From Nitrospinaceae bacterium (GTDB lineage Bacteria > Nitrospinota > Nitrospinia > Nitrospinales > VA-1): a stretch of 64,000 bases of DNA. The notes under the pieces were generated by a model that had not been told where the DNA came from, made no database searches, and worked only from the letters and a program-made list of their open reading frames with translations. The position numbers and the translations under genes were made by a program. Every line of letters begins with the position of its first letter. Position 1 is the first letter of the stretch. Location of the stretch: contig BQJC01000004.1 of the NCBI GenBank assembly GCA_021604505.1, forward strand, positions 304,581-368,580, read 5' to 3'. Of this stretch, positions 50,171-59,103 are shown in pieces.

Positions 50171-52354
50171 ATGTTGACAACCGAACGGGTTTTGATCGTA
50201 GACGATGAAAAAAATATTGCCAGTTCGCTCAAGGACATCCTGAACGACGAAGGCTATGAAGTCTCCGTTGCCGGGGACGGGCTGGGAGCTTTGGAAATGA
50301 TTCAGTCCGATCCCCCCGATCTGGTTCTGCTCGATATCTGGCTTCCGGGAATGGACGGAATCGAGGTATTAAAAACCGTTAAGACCTATCACCCCGAAAT
50401 TGAAGTTCTGATCATGTCCGGTCACGGCACCATCGACACCGCCGTGCAAGCCACGAAACTCGGCGCATACGATTTTATCGAAAAACCGTTTTCCCTGGAT
50501 CAACTGACCCAGTCGGTGGAAAGCGTTTTCAAGGATAAAAAGAAAAATCAGGGCACCCTCGACAATAATCTTCTCAACCAGAAGGACCTGCCTCTTTGCT
50601 TTGAGATGATGGTGGAAGTGAAAAAAGCCACACAGCAAGCCTCGCAAAATAACGATCCCATATTGCTTCTGGGAGAAAAAGGAACGGGAAAAGAGTTTAT
50701 CGCGCATTGCATTCACCGCCGCAGTCACCAAAGCGACCGCCCCTTCATCAAGTTAAACTGCGCCGTCCGGCAAACGAGAGACATTCAGACCCATCTGTTT
50801 TCCAAAACAAAAAAGCCCGGGAATACATCCCCCGAGGGACAGGGTTCCGTTATTTATTTGAGCAATGTGGAATCCCTGAGCAAGAGTCTTCAGGAGAAAA
50901 TGATTCAGGGGTTGAAAGGGGAAGCGGCCCATACCTTCCTTCCCGCCCGTCTGTTCATCTCCTCATCGAAAAACCTGAGAGCCCTTGGCACAGGGGGGCA
51001 GTTCAACAACGATCTGCTGGAGATATTCAAGAAAACCACCATTGAGATTCCGCCTCTCAGGAATTATGCCGCCAACATTCCCATGATGGTCAAAGACTAT
51101 TTCGAAAAATACGCCGAGAGTGAAAACTTTGCCCCACCCGTGATCGAGGAAGAGGCGCTGGCGGCTTTGTGCCGTTATGATTGGCCGGAGAATGTTAAGG
51201 AATTGCGGTCGGTCCTGGATAAACTTCTGGTGACCGGCTCCACCCAGGGCAAAATCACCTTGCAGGAAATCCTGGCTGAAATCCATACCCTTGATGACGC
51301 GATCGACCAAAAGGAATTCGACCGGTTCGAATCGTTCAAGGAAGCGGAGCTGACCTGGGAAAAAGGCTTCATCATCCACCATCTGAGGAAAAATGGATGG
51401 GACCTGGAAAAGACCTGCAAAGCCCTTAAAACCAGCAAAAAACAATTTAGCGAAAAATTAAAGCGTCACTCCATTCGACTTCCCGAGCCCAATGGCAAAC
51501 AACCCTCACCGCCGCTCTTATTACAGCGAACGCTCAAACGAAGTGTGGTTCTTTGCGGAAGCGGACTGCACTCAGGAATCAACACCGGGCTGATTCTTCA
51601 ACCCCTTCCTCCTGGAAGCGGGATCATTTTTGGAGACATCTCCACCGGCAAAACCATTCCGGCGCGGCTGGAAAATGTTCAGTCCACGGACTACTCCACC
51701 TGCCTGAAAAAAGGGCTGGCTTCCGTGGCCACCATTGAGCATATCATGGCGGTGTTACATATGTACCGCATCTCAAACCTTCTCATTAAAGTCGGCGACG
51801 AAGCCCCGGTGATGGACGGCTCCGCAAAGGATTTCTGTGCATTGATCGAGGATGGCGAATTTGAGGAGCAGGATGGCATTTACGATGAAATCATAATCGA
51901 CAAAACCTACACCTTCGGTCCCGACAAGGAAAACGGTCCGATGATTTCCATCGAGCCCGCAGATAAGTTCACCGTCAGTTATTACATGAAATACCCGGAA
52001 CCCATCGGTGCCCAGGATTACACCTTTGTCTTTGACGGCGAGGACAGCTTTAAAAATGAGATCGCTCCGGCACGCACGTTCGGCTTCATGGAAGACGTGG
52101 CGCAGTTGACGAAAATGGGGTTCGCCACCGGGGGCAAGCTGGACAACTTCATTCTTCTGGGAGACAAAAAGGTTTTGAACACCGAACTCAGATTTGAAGA
52201 CGAGTTCGCGCGTCATAAAATCCTGGATGTCCTGGGGGATTTTTTCCTTTTAGGAAAACCCATCCGCGGTCACATCAAAGCCCACAGAACGGGACACACG
52301 CACAACATCGGACTCTTGAAAAAAATCCAGAAAGATTTTCCCCATGCCGTCTGA
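50171..52354 (+). CDS. lpxC: Fusion protein: response-regulator receiver, degenerate sigma54-type AAA+, Fis-type HTH and UDP-3-O-acyl-GlcNAc deacetylase (LpxC)
   Basis: The REC domain has VLIVDDE...LVLLDIWLPGMDG...KP. The AAA+ domain has Walker A GEKGTGKE but no GAFTGA loop, and the Walker B DE is replaced (VIYLSNV). An HTH lies near KTCKALKTSKKQFSEKLKR. From aa 452 (nt 51524) onward it is a full LpxC. That region reads QRTLKRSVVLCGSGLHSGINTG, TIEHIMAVL, HKILDVLGD and RTGHTHN. Confidence 0.85.
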   Translation: MLTTERVLIVDDEKNIASSLKDILNDEGYEVSVAGDGLGALEMIQSDPPDLVLLDIWLPGMDGIEVLKTVKTYHPEIEVLIMSGHGTIDTAVQATKLGAYDFIEKPFSLDQLTQSVESVFKDKKKNQGTLDNNLLNQKDLPLCFEMMVEVKKATQQASQNNDPILLLGEKGTGKEFIAHCIHRRSHQSDRPFIKLNCAVRQTRDIQTHLFSKTKKPGNTSPEGQGSVIYLSNVESLSKSLQEKMIQGLKGEAAHTFLPARLFISSSKNLRALGTGGQFNNDLLEIFKKTTIEIPPLRNYAANIPMMVKDYFEKYAESENFAPPVIEEEALAALCRYDWPENVKELRSVLDKLLVTGSTQGKITLQEILAEIHTLDDAIDQKEFDRFESFKEAELTWEKGFIIHHLRKNGWDLEKTCKALKTSKKQFSEKLKRHSIRLPEPNGKQPSPPLLLQRTLKRSVVLCGSGLHSGINTGLILQPLPPGSGIIFGDISTGKTIPARLENVQSTDYSTCLKKGLASVATIEHIMAVLHMYRISNLLIKVGDEAPVMDGSAKDFCALIEDGEFEEQDGIYDEIIIDKTYTFGPDKENGPMISIEPADKFTVSYYMKYPEPIGAQDYTFVFDGEDSFKNEIAPARTFGFMEDVAQLTKMGFATGGKLDNFILLGDKKVLNTELRFEDEFARHKILDVLGDFFLLGKPIRGHIKAHRTGHTHNIGLLKKIQKDFPHAV

Positions 52355-52417
52355 AGAGATTATTTTTTTCTAAGAAGCTCCAGGACAAGCTCAATGCATC
52401 GCCCGGCGAATAGACAA

Positions 52418-53764
52418 TCACTCTTGAACTCCGGCTTTTTTGAGCAGGGCCACCATCTCTTTTCGTTTCAATTGCGAAGCGATCTTCAACGCCGTCCAGC
52501 CGTTCCTGCTCTTTGCTCTGGGGTCTGTGCCTTTCCGCAGGAAAAGTCTGGCGAGATCCGCATATCCTCCAGCAACCGCTCCCATTAAAGGCGTCCAGCC
52601 TTTTTTACTCCTGAAGTGGACATTCGCTCCATGTTTCAAGAGAACATGGACCGCCTTCGTTTGCCCTCGTTCAGCGGCAACCATCAAAGCGGTGGAACCG
52701 TTCTGCAACGTTCCGTTAATATCGGCGCCGGCCTCGATCAATTCCTCAATCGTCTCAGCATCGCCTCCCGCCGCGGCGCTCATGAGTGCGTTGGCGCCGT
52801 TTCGACTTCGCGCATGAATATCGGCGTCCTGTTTCAGCAGCATCCGGACAAATTCTATGTTTCCCAACTGCGCCGCCATCATGAGCGGCGTACTACCGCC
52901 CCCGGTTCTGGCATTCACATCGGCCCCGTGCGCGAGCAAAACTCTACCGGCTTCGGTTTGACCGTGTTTAGCGGCCTGCGCCAACGGTGTCCATCCCTTG
53001 TTGTTTTTTGCATGAACATTGGCCCCCTCTTTCAAAAGAACTCGCATGGAATCCGTCTGTCCGTGGGCCGTTGCCAGGACCAGTGCCGTATCGCCGGATG
53101 CGTTAGCGAGTTCCGGGTTCGCCCTGTGGTCCATCAGCAATTGAACCATGTCCGACCGCCCGGTGAAAACCGCCTGTTGCAATGGAGTCACGCCCAACTG
53201 GGTTTGGGAGTTGACATTGGCCTTTCGCTCAACCAATTCATGCGCCACGGCATAATGATTCTCTCCTATGGCGATCGTCAACGGGGTTGCGCCGCCTTTA
53301 ATGGGCGACTCCAGATCGGCGTCACGGGCGATCAACCGTTTCACTGTTTCCTCATGTCCGTACCGGGCGGCCCTGGCCAACGGGCTCCAGCCGTAAAGGT
53401 TGCGGGCATTGACATCCGCGCCGTTGTCGAGAAGGGTTTTAACGAGAATGGTATCCCCTAAAGTCGATGCCAGAATGAGTGCGGTGTCACCATACCGGTT
53501 TTCCGCATTGACATTCGCCCCCTGCTCCAAAAGTAGATCCACAATGCGAAGATGCCTGTCCGCCACCGCGACCATGAGGGGGGTGCTGCCTTTGGCAGTC
53601 CGGTATTCCAGATAAACCCCTTCGGAAACCAGACCCGCAACCTCCTCGTAATCACCCCGATGGACCGCAGACAAAAAATCAGCTTTTTGGTCGCTGAATG
53701 CAGGATTGGATTGCCATAGAAAAGCCAAAAGCCCAATGGCAATGATAATGCTCCGTCTAGTCAT
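52418..53764 (-). CDS. Secreted ankyrin-repeat protein (about 12-13 repeats)
   Basis: It has a signal peptide. After that it is almost entirely 33-aa ANK repeats (G.TPL..A...GH...V..LL..GA.VNA). Confidence 0.85.
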   Translation of the reverse strand: MTRRSIIIAIGLLAFLWQSNPAFSDQKADFLSAVHRGDYEEVAGLVSEGVYLEYRTAKGSTPLMVAVADRHLRIVDLLLEQGANVNAENRYGDTALILASTLGDTILVKTLLDNGADVNARNLYGWSPLARAARYGHEETVKRLIARDADLESPIKGGATPLTIAIGENHYAVAHELVERKANVNSQTQLGVTPLQQAVFTGRSDMVQLLMDHRANPELANASGDTALVLATAHGQTDSMRVLLKEGANVHAKNNKGWTPLAQAAKHGQTEAGRVLLAHGADVNARTGGGSTPLMMAAQLGNIEFVRMLLKQDADIHARSRNGANALMSAAAGGDAETIEELIEAGADINGTLQNGSTALMVAAERGQTKAVHVLLKHGANVHFRSKKGWTPLMGAVAGGYADLARLFLRKGTDPRAKSRNGWTALKIASQLKRKEMVALLKKAGVQE

Positions 53765-54007
53765 TATTCACCTTCTCTCATCAGTCAAAGACACCGTTTT
53801 TCCAAAAATTCAGGCCGTCTCCGGGAATTAAATACGGATAGAGTTCGCTTCACTGGACGATTACCGGATGCCATCATGAAGTTGTATTGGGATAGTCCTA
53901 TTTTAACAGTGTAACTCTTTAGTTTTCAATAAAATAAATAATTGGCGCGGGTGTTGAAAACTTGCCGGGCGGGATAAAGCTTCTAATTTCGGAGTCTATT
54001 GTTCCAG

Positions 54008-54055
54008 CGGAAAAAAAGAAACCCGCCTGCCAGGGAGTTTAACATCGGCAGGCGG
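54008..54055 (-). terminator. Orphan rho-independent terminator on the minus strand
   Basis: The minus strand reads CCGCCTGCC-15 nt loop-GGCAGGCGG followed by GTTTCTTTTTTTCC. No annotated minus-strand gene ends upstream of it. Confidence 0.45.
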
Positions 54056-54325
54056 ATCGCAAAAAGGGATGGAATTGAATCTGAAGACTCGAATTCCGAA
54101 GGTAATGATCGGTATCGTTCCAGGTTTATTCCCGTTTTCTATAAAATTTTATTCACCGGCAATTCACCGCCGCCTGTTCTTCAATACGTCTTTGCCGGAC
54201 AAATAATGTCTGTCCATTGATTTATCTGAATATTTAATGGTAAGCTCAAATAAAAATGCGGTGAACCGCGTGCAATCAGTGGAATTTAATTCCGCCCCCA
54301 CCGGGGCTCTTTTCTGAAAATTTGA

Positions 54326-54946
54326 ATGGCATCAAAGGAATTCAAACTGGGGGTACTGGTTTCGGGAAACGGAACGAACCTGCAGGCTATTATCGATCAA
54401 ATAGAAACAGGGGACCTGCCCGCAAAAATATCCATCGTCATCAGCAATAAAAAAGAGGCGGCCGCTCTCAAGAGAGCTCAGGATCACGGGATTGAATCGG
54501 TTTTCATCGATCCCAAATCATTTCCGGGCAAAGCCGAATACGACCAGGCGATGGCGGATTTACTGAAAGCCCAAATGGTGGACCTGGTTTGCCTGGCCGG
54601 GTTCATGCGAATCCTTGGCAAAGAGTTCATACAGATATTTTCCGGGAAAATCATAAACATTCATCCTTCGCTTCTGCCTGCGTTTCCAGGCTTGCACCCG
54701 CAACAACAAGCATTAGATCACGGGGTCAAATTTTCAGGATGCACCGTGCATTTCGTCGATGAAGGCGTTGACAGCGGGCCGGTTATTATTCAAAGCGTGG
54801 TCCCCGTGTACGATTCCGATGATGAACAGGAATTATCCCGGCGTATTCTGGAGCAGGAACACAACCTTTACCCGAGGGCCATACAATTGATCGCTGAAGA
54901 CCGCCTCATCGTTTCAGGAAGAAAGGTCACGCAAAAGCGGATTTAA
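54326..54946 (+). CDS. purN: Phosphoribosylglycinamide formyltransferase
   Basis: LGVLVSGNGTNLQAI, INIHPSLLPAFPG and GCTVHFVDEGVDSGP motifs are present. Confidence 0.9.
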   Translation: MASKEFKLGVLVSGNGTNLQAIIDQIETGDLPAKISIVISNKKEAAALKRAQDHGIESVFIDPKSFPGKAEYDQAMADLLKAQMVDLVCLAGFMRILGKEFIQIFSGKIINIHPSLLPAFPGLHPQQQALDHGVKFSGCTVHFVDEGVDSGPVIIQSVVPVYDSDDEQELSRRILEQEHNLYPRAIQLIAEDRLIVSGRKVTQKRI

Positions 54947-54965
54947 ACCTCGCCTTAAAACACTT

Positions 54966-55616
54966 ATGAAAAAAGCCCTGATTTTTATACTCATCAAGAC
55001 CCTGCTATTTGCCCCTGCAAGTTGGGCCGGTGAAGAACAGGAAGCCCTGGACGCCATTCAGAAGCAATACGATTCCGTGGATTCGTTCACCGCCAAATTC
55101 CTGCAAAAATCTTATGTCAAGACCATGAACCAGTCTCTGGAAGCCAGGGGCGAGGTCCAGATCAAAAAACCGGGGAAAATGAAATGGGTGTACAACGCTC
55201 CCGATCCGCAGACCCTGGTAAGCGACGAAAAAGTCCTTTGGTTATATATCCCCAATGAAAATCAGGTGACCAAGGTCCTGGTTGACAGCATTTATTCCTC
55301 CAACACCCCGGCCCTTTTTCTGGCCGGAAAAGGCAAATTGACGGACAGCTTTAACGTCGTTAAAGTTTCGAAAGATAAAGATCGTCTGATAGTAGAACTC
55401 ATCCCCCTGGAGGAAGACCAGAGCCTGGAGCGCCTGGTGCTGTACGCGGACAATAAAAACTACCAAATCGTCGGATCAAGCGTGTATGATAATTTAGGTA
55501 ATAAAACGGAAATACATTTCAGCGACATCCAGGTCAACGTAAAGATTCCGGATGAGACCTTCCGGTTCAAAATCCCTAAAAATGTAGAGTTGCTGGATTA
55601 TTCCGCAAAACAATAA
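54966..55616 (+). CDS. lolA: Outer-membrane lipoprotein carrier protein LolA
   Basis: 216 aa with a signal peptide. FTAKFLQKSY...GEVQIKKPGKMKWVY...LWLYIP matches the LolA pattern. Confidence 0.8.
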   Translation: MKKALIFILIKTLLFAPASWAGEEQEALDAIQKQYDSVDSFTAKFLQKSYVKTMNQSLEARGEVQIKKPGKMKWVYNAPDPQTLVSDEKVLWLYIPNENQVTKVLVDSIYSSNTPALFLAGKGKLTDSFNVVKVSKDKDRLIVELIPLEEDQSLERLVLYADNKNYQIVGSSVYDNLGNKTEIHFSDIQVNVKIPDETFRFKIPKNVELLDYSAKQ

Positions 55617-55636
55617 ACCACTCAGGAATCCATCGA

Positions 55637-57004
55637 ATGTTTGAATTGTCTGCAATTTCCCTCGAGGCTTTTTTTGGCTTTGGGACAAAAATGCTGATAT
55701 TTCTTGTGGGCCTTGCCGCCCTGATCTTTGTTCACGAATTGGGACATTTTCTGGTCGCGCGAAAATGCGGAGTCGTGGTGGAAAAGTTTTCTCTCGGTTT
55801 CGGCCCCAAGATCATCAGCGTGACTCGGGGAGGAACGGAATATCTGCTTTCCGCCATTCCCCTGGGCGGATACGTAAAAATGAAGGGCGAGGATTATGAA
55901 GAAGATTCCCTGAAACAGGAGGGTTCGTTTGCAGGCGCGCCGGTGCTTCATCGGCTGGCCATTGCTTTTGCCGGCCCGTTGTTCAATATTCTGTTCGCCA
56001 TTTTAATTTACTGGGGAGTCTACCTGGCCGGGGTTCAGGCCCTGGGGCTGGTCACAGGCTCCGTCAAACCGGAATCGCCGGCGCAACAGGCCGGGATTCA
56101 GATCGGCGACAAGATCGTTGGCATCGACGGCCAAAAAGTGGAGTTCTGGGATCAACTGCAGAAAATCGTCCACGCCTCGCCGGGAAAATCACTCAATTTT
56201 GAGATTGAAAGAGACGCCTCTCTAATAAATGTCCCCATCACCCCGGTGACCGAAGAAATCACCGATCTGTTTGGGGACAAAGAGAAAGTCGGGCTCATCG
56301 GTGTCACTCCTCTGGTGAGAAACATCACTTACGTCAAGGAGGGCTCCGCCGCCGACCGGGCGGGGCTGAAAGTCGGCGACCAACTACTGAAAGTCGACGA
56401 GACCCCCATTTACGGTTGGAGCGACCTCAAACCCGCCGCCGTGGACAAACCCGGAAAAGAGCTGGACTTTCGTGTGCTCAGAGATTCCCTTGAGGTCTCC
56501 GTGCGTCTGACTCCGGAGTCCAAGGTTGTGGAGGACGAACAGGGCAACAAAGTCGAAATCGGCGTCATAGGCATTGGCATGAGCGGGATCATGACCGAGG
56601 AAAAATACGGTCCCCTGGGAGCCGTGGGTCGCGCCTTGCAGGAAACCGGGCGCCTGATTTATCTGATCGGAGTCAGTATCAAGAAAATGGTCGTGGGGTC
56701 GATTCCCGCCGACACCATTGGCGGCCCTATTTTAATATTTCAGATTTACGGTGAACAGGCCGAACAAGGCTTCAATGAACTGGTCCGGCTGACCGCGCTT
56801 TTGAGCATCAATCTGGGGCTTCTCAATCTTTTGCCGATCCCCGTCCTGGATGGCGGCCACATCTTCTTTTTCCTCATCGAAATGATCAAAGGCAAACCCC
56901 TGAGTGAAAGAAGCCGGGAACGGGCGCAACAGGTGGGAATTTTCATGTTGCTCAGCCTGATGGTTTTAGCGTTTTACAACGATATCATGCGGATTATCGG
57001 CTAA
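55637..57004 (+). CDS. rseP: RIP (site-2) zinc metalloprotease RseP
   Basis: HELGH zinc motif, PDZ segments (SPAQQAGIQIGDKIVGIDG and SAADRAGLKVGDQLL) and the LDGG motif NLLPIPVLDGGH are present. An alternative internal start (MLIFLVG) is possible. Confidence 0.9.
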   Translation: MFELSAISLEAFFGFGTKMLIFLVGLAALIFVHELGHFLVARKCGVVVEKFSLGFGPKIISVTRGGTEYLLSAIPLGGYVKMKGEDYEEDSLKQEGSFAGAPVLHRLAIAFAGPLFNILFAILIYWGVYLAGVQALGLVTGSVKPESPAQQAGIQIGDKIVGIDGQKVEFWDQLQKIVHASPGKSLNFEIERDASLINVPITPVTEEITDLFGDKEKVGLIGVTPLVRNITYVKEGSAADRAGLKVGDQLLKVDETPIYGWSDLKPAAVDKPGKELDFRVLRDSLEVSVRLTPESKVVEDEQGNKVEIGVIGIGMSGIMTEEKYGPLGAVGRALQETGRLIYLIGVSIKKMVVGSIPADTIGGPILIFQIYGEQAEQGFNELVRLTALLSINLGLLNLLPIPVLDGGHIFFFLIEMIKGKPLSERSRERAQQVGIFMLLSLMVLAFYNDIMRIIG

Positions 57005-57028
57005 CCTTCGAAAGCCTGGATTGAGGCC

Positions 57029-57328
57029 TTGTCTCGATCATCTATGATGGACATTCATGCCCAGCTTGAAGATCTTAAATCGGTGGCCGCGAAATTATCC
57101 ATCGAAATTGAAATCTGTAACCTGGGAGACGAAGAACTTTCCATCCAAAGCGGCTTGTGCAAAATAAAAGGCAATCACGTTCTTTTCCTGGATAAAAAAC
57201 TCGACCCGGAAAGTCAATTGGAGGTCATTTTGAAAGCGTTGGAAAACTTTGACCTGGAAACCATCTTTGTCCCGTCGTGGATGCGCGAGCGACTGGAAAA
57301 ATCGCAACCTTCAAAAAATGATCAATGA
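57029..57328 (+). CDS. Hypothetical 99-aa protein, translationally coupled to the PEP mutase gene
   Basis: Its stop overlaps the next start as ATGA (57325-57328). No family recognised. The start is uncertain (TTG at 57029 or internal ATGs). Confidence 0.4.
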   Translation: MSRSSMMDIHAQLEDLKSVAAKLSIEIEICNLGDEELSIQSGLCKIKGNHVLFLDKKLDPESQLEVILKALENFDLETIFVPSWMRERLEKSQPSKNDQ

Positions 57329-59052
57329 CGTTACTGAATAGCACACTGCCCGAAGTGCGCCGCGGAAAACTCAAATCCCTTTTGCGGGCCGGAAAAACCG
57401 TCCGCGTTTTGGAAGCGCATAACGGTTTGAGCGGGATCGTCGCCAACAACGCCAAAGTGGAAGGCGTTCTGGAGGACACTCCGGTTTCGCGCGAATTCGA
57501 CGCCATTTGGGAGAGCAGTCTGACCGATTCGGCGTCCAAGGGGCACCCGGACATTGAAGTGATCAGCTTCGACTCCCGGCTGCACACCATCCATGAAATC
57601 CTGGCGGTCACCCATAAACCCATGATCGTCGACGGCGACACCGGAGGCGATGCGAACAATTTTGAGTACATGGTTTCCAAGCTGGAACGCGCCGGGGTTT
57701 CGGCGGTCATCATAGAAGACAAGGTGTTTCCCAAAAGAAACAGCCTGGAAGCGGGGACAAAACAGACTTTGCAGGAGCCGGAAGTATTCGCGCAAAAAAT
57801 CCGCCGCGGAAAGAGCGTTCTTTCCACCGGGGATTTCATGATCATCGCCCGGCTGGAAAGCCTGATCGCCGGCATGGGCTTAGAAGACGCTTTGGAACGG
57901 GCAAAAACTTATCTGCTCGCCGGGGTCGACGGGATCATGATCCATTCCAAATCAAAAAGCCCCGAAGAGATCTTAAAGTTTGCGGAGCAATACCGCAACC
58001 TGCTCAAAGAACTCAAACTCGACAAGCCCCTGGTTTGCGTTCCCACAACCTACAACGATATCACCGAAGATGAATTGAGCGCCGCCGGGTTTCGCATTGT
58101 CATCTACGCCAATCATTTACTGCGCAGTGCCTACAAATCCATGCTGGAAGTGAGCAAGACCCTGCTTCTCAACCAGCGGTCTTTTGAAGCGGATCCCATG
58201 TGCTCACCGGTACGTGATATTTTCCAGGCCGTCGGCTTTCTGGACATCAAGGAAAAAGATCAACAGGACGAACTCTCGGCCCAACTCCCGGTCATCATTC
58301 CCGCCGCCGGAGAGGACCCGATTTTCAAACCCCTCCTGAACGGCAAACCCAAAGCCATGATGGAAATCGCAGGAAAGACTCTCCTCGACCAGCAGATCCA
58401 CACTCTGAATAAGGGCAACCTCAACGACATCACCGTTGTCGCCGGTTACGCCGCCGACCAGATGAAGGCCGAAGGCGCGACCCTGCTGAAAAATGAGGAT
58501 TATAAAAACGGCTCCATGCTGCACAGCATTCTCGCCGCCAGGGAAAAAATGCAAAACGGCTTTCTCATGCTGTATTCGGATATTCTCCTGGAAAACCATA
58601 TCATCACCAAATTGCTGGACTGCAAGGAAGACATCGTGCTGGTCGCCGACAACACCATTCAGTACCAGCGTGCGGAAGAAGGCAAGGTTCTGGACTTCAT
58701 CATCAGCAAGCACAAGCATCAACCCAGCCGCCGCCGCATCAGCGTCGTTTATGAAAATAATATCGCCAAGATCGGAAACAAGATCAATCCGGAAACCGCC
58801 ACCCACGAATTTATTGGATTGGCAAAATTTTCCAAGTCAGGAGCGGAGCAGTTTATCCAGACCTATCAGGATTGCATTCAGAACTATCAAGGGAAGTTCC
58901 AGGAAGCCGATGATATCGCCCATTTCACATTCACCGACTTGATCCAGGAAATGATCGACCGCGGATTTGTCATCCATTTTCTGGAGATTCACCAGGGCTG
59001 GCTGGAAATTCACCGCGAAGAAGACATTGCCCTGGCCAACAAATTTCTGTAA
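57325..59052 (+). CDS. pepM: Phosphoenolpyruvate mutase fused to a nucleotidyltransferase (LicC/PntC-like) domain
   Basis: The N-terminal isocitrate-lyase/PEP-mutase fold includes the PepM-diagnostic EDKX5NS motif (EDKVFPKRNS, nt 57715-57744) and DGDTGGD. From about aa 320 it has the NTP-transferase motif VIIPAAGEDPIFKPLLNGKPKAMMEIAGKTLL. Confidence 0.85.
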   Translation: MTLLNSTLPEVRRGKLKSLLRAGKTVRVLEAHNGLSGIVANNAKVEGVLEDTPVSREFDAIWESSLTDSASKGHPDIEVISFDSRLHTIHEILAVTHKPMIVDGDTGGDANNFEYMVSKLERAGVSAVIIEDKVFPKRNSLEAGTKQTLQEPEVFAQKIRRGKSVLSTGDFMIIARLESLIAGMGLEDALERAKTYLLAGVDGIMIHSKSKSPEEILKFAEQYRNLLKELKLDKPLVCVPTTYNDITEDELSAAGFRIVIYANHLLRSAYKSMLEVSKTLLLNQRSFEADPMCSPVRDIFQAVGFLDIKEKDQQDELSAQLPVIIPAAGEDPIFKPLLNGKPKAMMEIAGKTLLDQQIHTLNKGNLNDITVVAGYAADQMKAEGATLLKNEDYKNGSMLHSILAAREKMQNGFLMLYSDILLENHIITKLLDCKEDIVLVADNTIQYQRAEEGKVLDFIISKHKHQPSRRRISVVYENNIAKIGNKINPETATHEFIGLAKFSKSGAEQFIQTYQDCIQNYQGKFQEADDIAHFTFTDLIQEMIDRGFVIHFLEIHQGWLEIHREEDIALANKFL

Positions 59053-59103
59053 AACAACATCCCTCATTAAAAAAAATCACCGCTTTTTATAGAAAGAACG
59101 TTT

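Noticed and set aside
51450-51560. Possibility that the RR-LpxC fusion is two genes, or a mis-called boundary
   Set aside because: The conserved LpxC N-terminal strand (QRTLKR...) is encoded in the same frame with no ATG/GTG/TTG start or RBS just before it. There is no stop between the domains. A sequencing frameshift cannot be excluded without reads, so this is flagged as a check rather than assumed.
52616-53461. A 281-aa plus-strand ORF
   Set aside because: It is antisense to the ankyrin-repeat gene. The repeat periodicity of the true gene creates long open antisense frames.
54056-54325. A ZTP/pfl or other purine-pathway riboswitch upstream of purN
   Set aside because: I compared by eye with the pfl consensus elements I remember (GGGUCGUG..., CCGGGCGGA..., CCGCCUGGGC) and found no convincing match on the plus strand.
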